Source of the DNA: Elusimicrobiota bacterium
GTDB lineage: Bacteria; Elusimicrobiota; Elusimicrobia; UBA1565
Direction: 5' to 3'
Assembly (NCBI GenBank): GCA_043819795.1
Contig: JBDREN010000095.1
Location: forward strand, 2,047 to 66,046
DNA: 64,000 nucleotides
In this document: positions 61,380-64,000 of the stretch, piece by piece
Layout of the letters: each line of letters opens with the position of its first letter
How positions within the stretch are numbered: position 1 is the stretch's first letter
Made by a program: the position numbers and the translations under genes
The notes under the pieces: model-generated
The model's database searches: none
The model's input: the letters and a program-made list of their open reading frames with translations, nothing else
What the model was told of the DNA's origin: nothing

Positions 61380-61850
61380 TTACTTCTGACGCTTGCTGTC
61401 CCCCTCGGAGAGGTGCAGGCCCCAGGCCAGCGAAACCGCCCCGACCGTGATGGCCGAGTCCGCGACGTTGAAGACGGGCCACACGAGGAAGTCCAGGAAG
61501 TCCACCACGTAGCCCAGGGCGATGCGGTCGTAGAGGTTGCCGAGCGCTCCCCCGGCCACCAGCACCAGGCCGTAGTGCGACCAGAGGTTCTCCTCCGGCC
61601 ATTTCCGGCGCAGGTAGAGAAGGGCGCCCAGGAGCGCCACCGCCACCCCGATGAGAAGCGTATTGCCTCCCTGCAGCATGCCCCAGGCCGCGCCCGTGTT
61701 CTCGATGTAGGAGAAATGGAAGAAGGGCAGCACCCGGACCGAGCCGCGCGGGGCCAACCAGCTCAAGGCCCAGGCCTTAGTGAGGCGGTCGAGCGCGAAG
61801 ACGGCGAGGACGACGGCCGGCTGGATCAGCCGGTGAGTTGCTGGGCGCAT
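61380..61850 (-). CDS. lspA: lipoprotein signal peptidase (signal peptidase II)
   Basis: Trimmed to ATG 61850 (MRPATHRLIQPAVVLAVFALDRLTKAW...). Contains YIENTGAAWG and FNVADSAITVG. Overlaps the ileS stop by 25 nt. Confidence 0.85.
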   Translation of the reverse strand: MRPATHRLIQPAVVLAVFALDRLTKAWALSWLAPRGSVRVLPFFHFSYIENTGAAWGMLQGGNTLLIGVAVALLGALLYLRRKWPEENLWSHYGLVLVAGGALGNLYDRIALGYVVDFLDFLVWPVFNVADSAITVGAVSLAWGLHLSEGDSKRQK

Positions 61851-64000
61851 CGGTTGCAAAGGTCCGGATCCTCGGTCGAGGATCCCAGGTCGGTCCGGAA
61901 CCGCCAACAGCGCGGGCACTTCTTCCCCTCGGCCCTCTCGACCTCGATCCGGTAGGTCTGCCGCAGGCGAGAACTCCGGCCCTCGCCGGCTCCCGCCTCC
62001 CCCGATCGCACCTCCTCGACCTTCCGGAAACGGACGTCGGAGGTGATGGCTATTTCCGCCCAGGCGTCCTCTCCGAGCTCCTTCCACCAGGCCAGCAACT
62101 CGTCGCTGGACGAGCGAAGCGTCAGCTTAGCCTGAAGCGACGAGCCGATGACCTTTTCCGCCCGCTTCGCCTCAAGGGCGCCCAGGATATATCCCCGGCA
62201 TTCCAGGATGTCCGTCCACTTCTCCGCCAGCTTTTCATCGCTCCACTCAGCGGGCGCCGGCTCCAAGTCGTCCAGGAACACGCTCTCCCCGATATCCAGG
62301 GACGAGCCCTGCTCCCGGCGCAGGCGACGCATCTCGAGGTGGGCCTCCTCGCACGTGAACGACAGGATCGGGGACGCCAGGAGCATGACGCGCCGCAGGC
62401 ACTCCCACATGACGGTCTGCGCCGCCCTGCGCGACGGGTCGCCGGCCTTCAGCGTGTAGAGAGCGTCCTTGCGGACGTCCAGATAGAAGGCCGAAAGCGT
62501 CAGGTTGCAGAAATCCACGAGCAGTATCGCCGCGCGGCGGAACGCGAAGGCCTCATAGGCGGACCGGACCGCGGCGTCGAGGTCGTGGAGTCTTTTGAGG
62601 ATGAAGCGCTCGATCTCCGGCATATCCGCCGGGGCGACCGCGTCCCGGGCCGGATCGAAGTCGCAGGTGTTGCCGAGCAGGTATTTGAAGGTGTTGCGGA
62701 TCTTCCGGTAGGTGTCGGTCGGCCCTTGCAGAAGCTTATCGGAAAGGCGTACGTCGTCGGAGTAGTCGGCCAGCGCGACCCACAGGCGCAGGACGTCGGC
62801 GCCCAGCTTCTTGATGACCTCTTGGGGGCTGACCACGTTGCCGAGCGACTTGTGCATGGCGCGGCCCTTGTCGTCCAGGACGAAGCCGTGAGTGAGCACG
62901 GTGCGGTAGGGGGCCTCCCCGCGCAGCGCCACGGCGAGCACCAGCGAGGTCTGGAACCAGCCCCTGTGCTGGTCCGAGCCCTCGAGGTAGAGATCGCACG
63001 GGACCTCGTCCTCCGAAAGGACCCCGAGCCACGAGGCTCCCGAGTCCATCCAGACGTCGAGGATGTCCGTCTCACGAAGGAACTCGTCCCCCCCGCAGTG
63101 CGGGCACTTCTTTTCGGGCACGAAGTCCCAGGCCACCGCCTTGCCCCGGCCCCGCTCGCCCCCCTTCCCGAAGCGGACCGGGCGTCCGGTCTCCGCGAAC
63201 CAGAAGTCCGAGCCGGCCTCGGCCACGCGCCGCTCGACGGCTTCCATGACCTCGTCGTCGGCCATGGTCCGCCCGCACCCCGCCCCGGCGCAGAGGAAGA
63301 TCGGGATCGGCGTCCCCCACAGCCTCTGGCGCGAGAGGCACCAGTCGGGCCTGGACGCCACCATCGCCGAGATGCGCTCCCGGCCCTGGGCCGGGACCCA
63401 CCGCACCGCGTCGATAGCCTTCAGCAGCTTGTCCCGGAGCCCCTCATGGCTCACGTCCAGGAACCACTGCTCCGTCGCTCGGAACGCGATCGGGTTCTTG
63501 CACCGCCAGCAATGCTGGTAGCTGTGCTCGACCTTGCCCGAGGCGAGCAGGCGGCCGCTGGCCGAGAGCAGTTCGATGACGGCCGGATTGCCTTCCGTGA
63601 AGATGCGCTTGCCCGCCAGCTCCGGCCCGGCCTCGTCGGTGAATCGGCCCGCGCCGTCGACCGGGCAGAGGATGTCGAGGCCCTCCCGCACGCCCGTCAC
63701 GTAGTCGTCGGCGCCGTGCCCGGGCGCCGTGTGCACGATGCCCGTCCCGTCCTCGTCGCTCACATAGTCGGCCAGGACGCCCCGAGACCGCTTGTGCGGG
63801 AAGCCCTCGAGATAGCCCAGCGGCGTCTCGCAGCTCAGGCCGGCCTGGACAAGCGCCTCGCCCGTCCAGGAACCCAGGATCTCGTGGCCGGTCGCGCCCA
63901 AAACCTTCAGGACGGCCTCGAGCCGCGCCTTGGCGAGCAGGAGGACGGGCTCCTTGAGCTCCGGCCCCTTCACGCGCGCGAGGACGTAATCCAGCTTCGG
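61826..64000 (-). CDS. ileS: isoleucine--tRNA ligase (C-terminal ~725 aa; 5' end beyond the window)
   Basis: Contains the KMSKS-region equivalent (KGRAMHKSLGNVVSP), an editing/CP1 part upstream, and the C-terminal Zn finger KCPRCWRF...CNRCAQ. Confidence 0.9.
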   Translation of the reverse strand, partial: PKLDYVLARVKGPELKEPVLLLAKARLEAVLKVLGATGHEILGSWTGEALVQAGLSCETPLGYLEGFPHKRSRGVLADYVSDEDGTGIVHTAPGHGADDYVTGVREGLDILCPVDGAGRFTDEAGPELAGKRIFTEGNPAVIELLSASGRLLASGKVEHSYQHCWRCKNPIAFRATEQWFLDVSHEGLRDKLLKAIDAVRWVPAQGRERISAMVASRPDWCLSRQRLWGTPIPIFLCAGAGCGRTMADDEVMEAVERRVAEAGSDFWFAETGRPVRFGKGGERGRGKAVAWDFVPEKKCPHCGGDEFLRETDILDVWMDSGASWLGVLSEDEVPCDLYLEGSDQHRGWFQTSLVLAVALRGEAPYRTVLTHGFVLDDKGRAMHKSLGNVVSPQEVIKKLGADVLRLWVALADYSDDVRLSDKLLQGPTDTYRKIRNTFKYLLGNTCDFDPARDAVAPADMPEIERFILKRLHDLDAAVRSAYEAFAFRRAAILLVDFCNLTLSAFYLDVRKDALYTLKAGDPSRRAAQTVMWECLRRVMLLASPILSFTCEEAHLEMRRLRREQGSSLDIGESVFLDDLEPAPAEWSDEKLAEKWTDILECRGYILGALEAKRAEKVIGSSLQAKLTLRSSSDELLAWWKELGEDAWAEIAITSDVRFRKVEEVRSGEAGAGEGRSSRLRQTYRIEVERAEGKKCPRCWRFRTDLGSSTEDPDLCNRCAQQLTG

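Overview
High-GC bacterial chromosomal segment (about two-thirds G+C by eye) with roughly 60 genes. Most lie on the minus strand in long operons, and at least 11 gene junctions are 4-nt ATGA/GTGA stop-start overlaps. Content from left to right: (1) a ~14.4-kb alpha-glucan/trehalose operon, treY-GH57-treZ-glgB-treS::pep2-glgE. (2) A GGT homologue without signal peptide, a Ddl-like ATP-grasp::M20 peptidase fusion, and a 57-codon lipoprotein sORF missed by the ORF track. (3) An ECF sigma / anti-sigma / RseB-like operon behind an ECF-type promoter. (4) An orphan histidine kinase beside a decayed zone (two receiver-domain remnants, a frameshifted TPR gene) and a caspase-like (C14) lipoprotein. (5) A birA - methylcrotonyl-CoA carboxylase (split alpha) - hydratase - archaeal-type HMG-CoA synthase/thiolase/DUF35 operon. 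(6) An AT-rich intergenic region holding a self-contained promoter / 20-codon poly-lysine sORF / terminator unit. (7) REP-like palindromes and a low-GC islet next to tRNA-Leu(GAG). (8) gap-pgk-secG-tRNA-Leu. (9) tRNA-Val-thrS-giant TPR protein-exbB-exbD-exbD-tonB-like-exported protein. (10) A P1B-like ATPase with aberrant signature motifs, then queF, a degenerate 2-oxoacid:ferredoxin oxidoreductase-like pair, and rluD. (11) A peptidase-MA lipoprotein, rlmD, two exported paralogues sharing a glycine-zipper C-terminal module, lspA, and ileS (partial). I saw no CRISPR array, rRNA, transposase, integrase or recognisable defence gene. All family calls come from motif recognition by eye on the supplied translations or my own translations. 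No database search, folding or statistics were run, and several start codons are uncertain.
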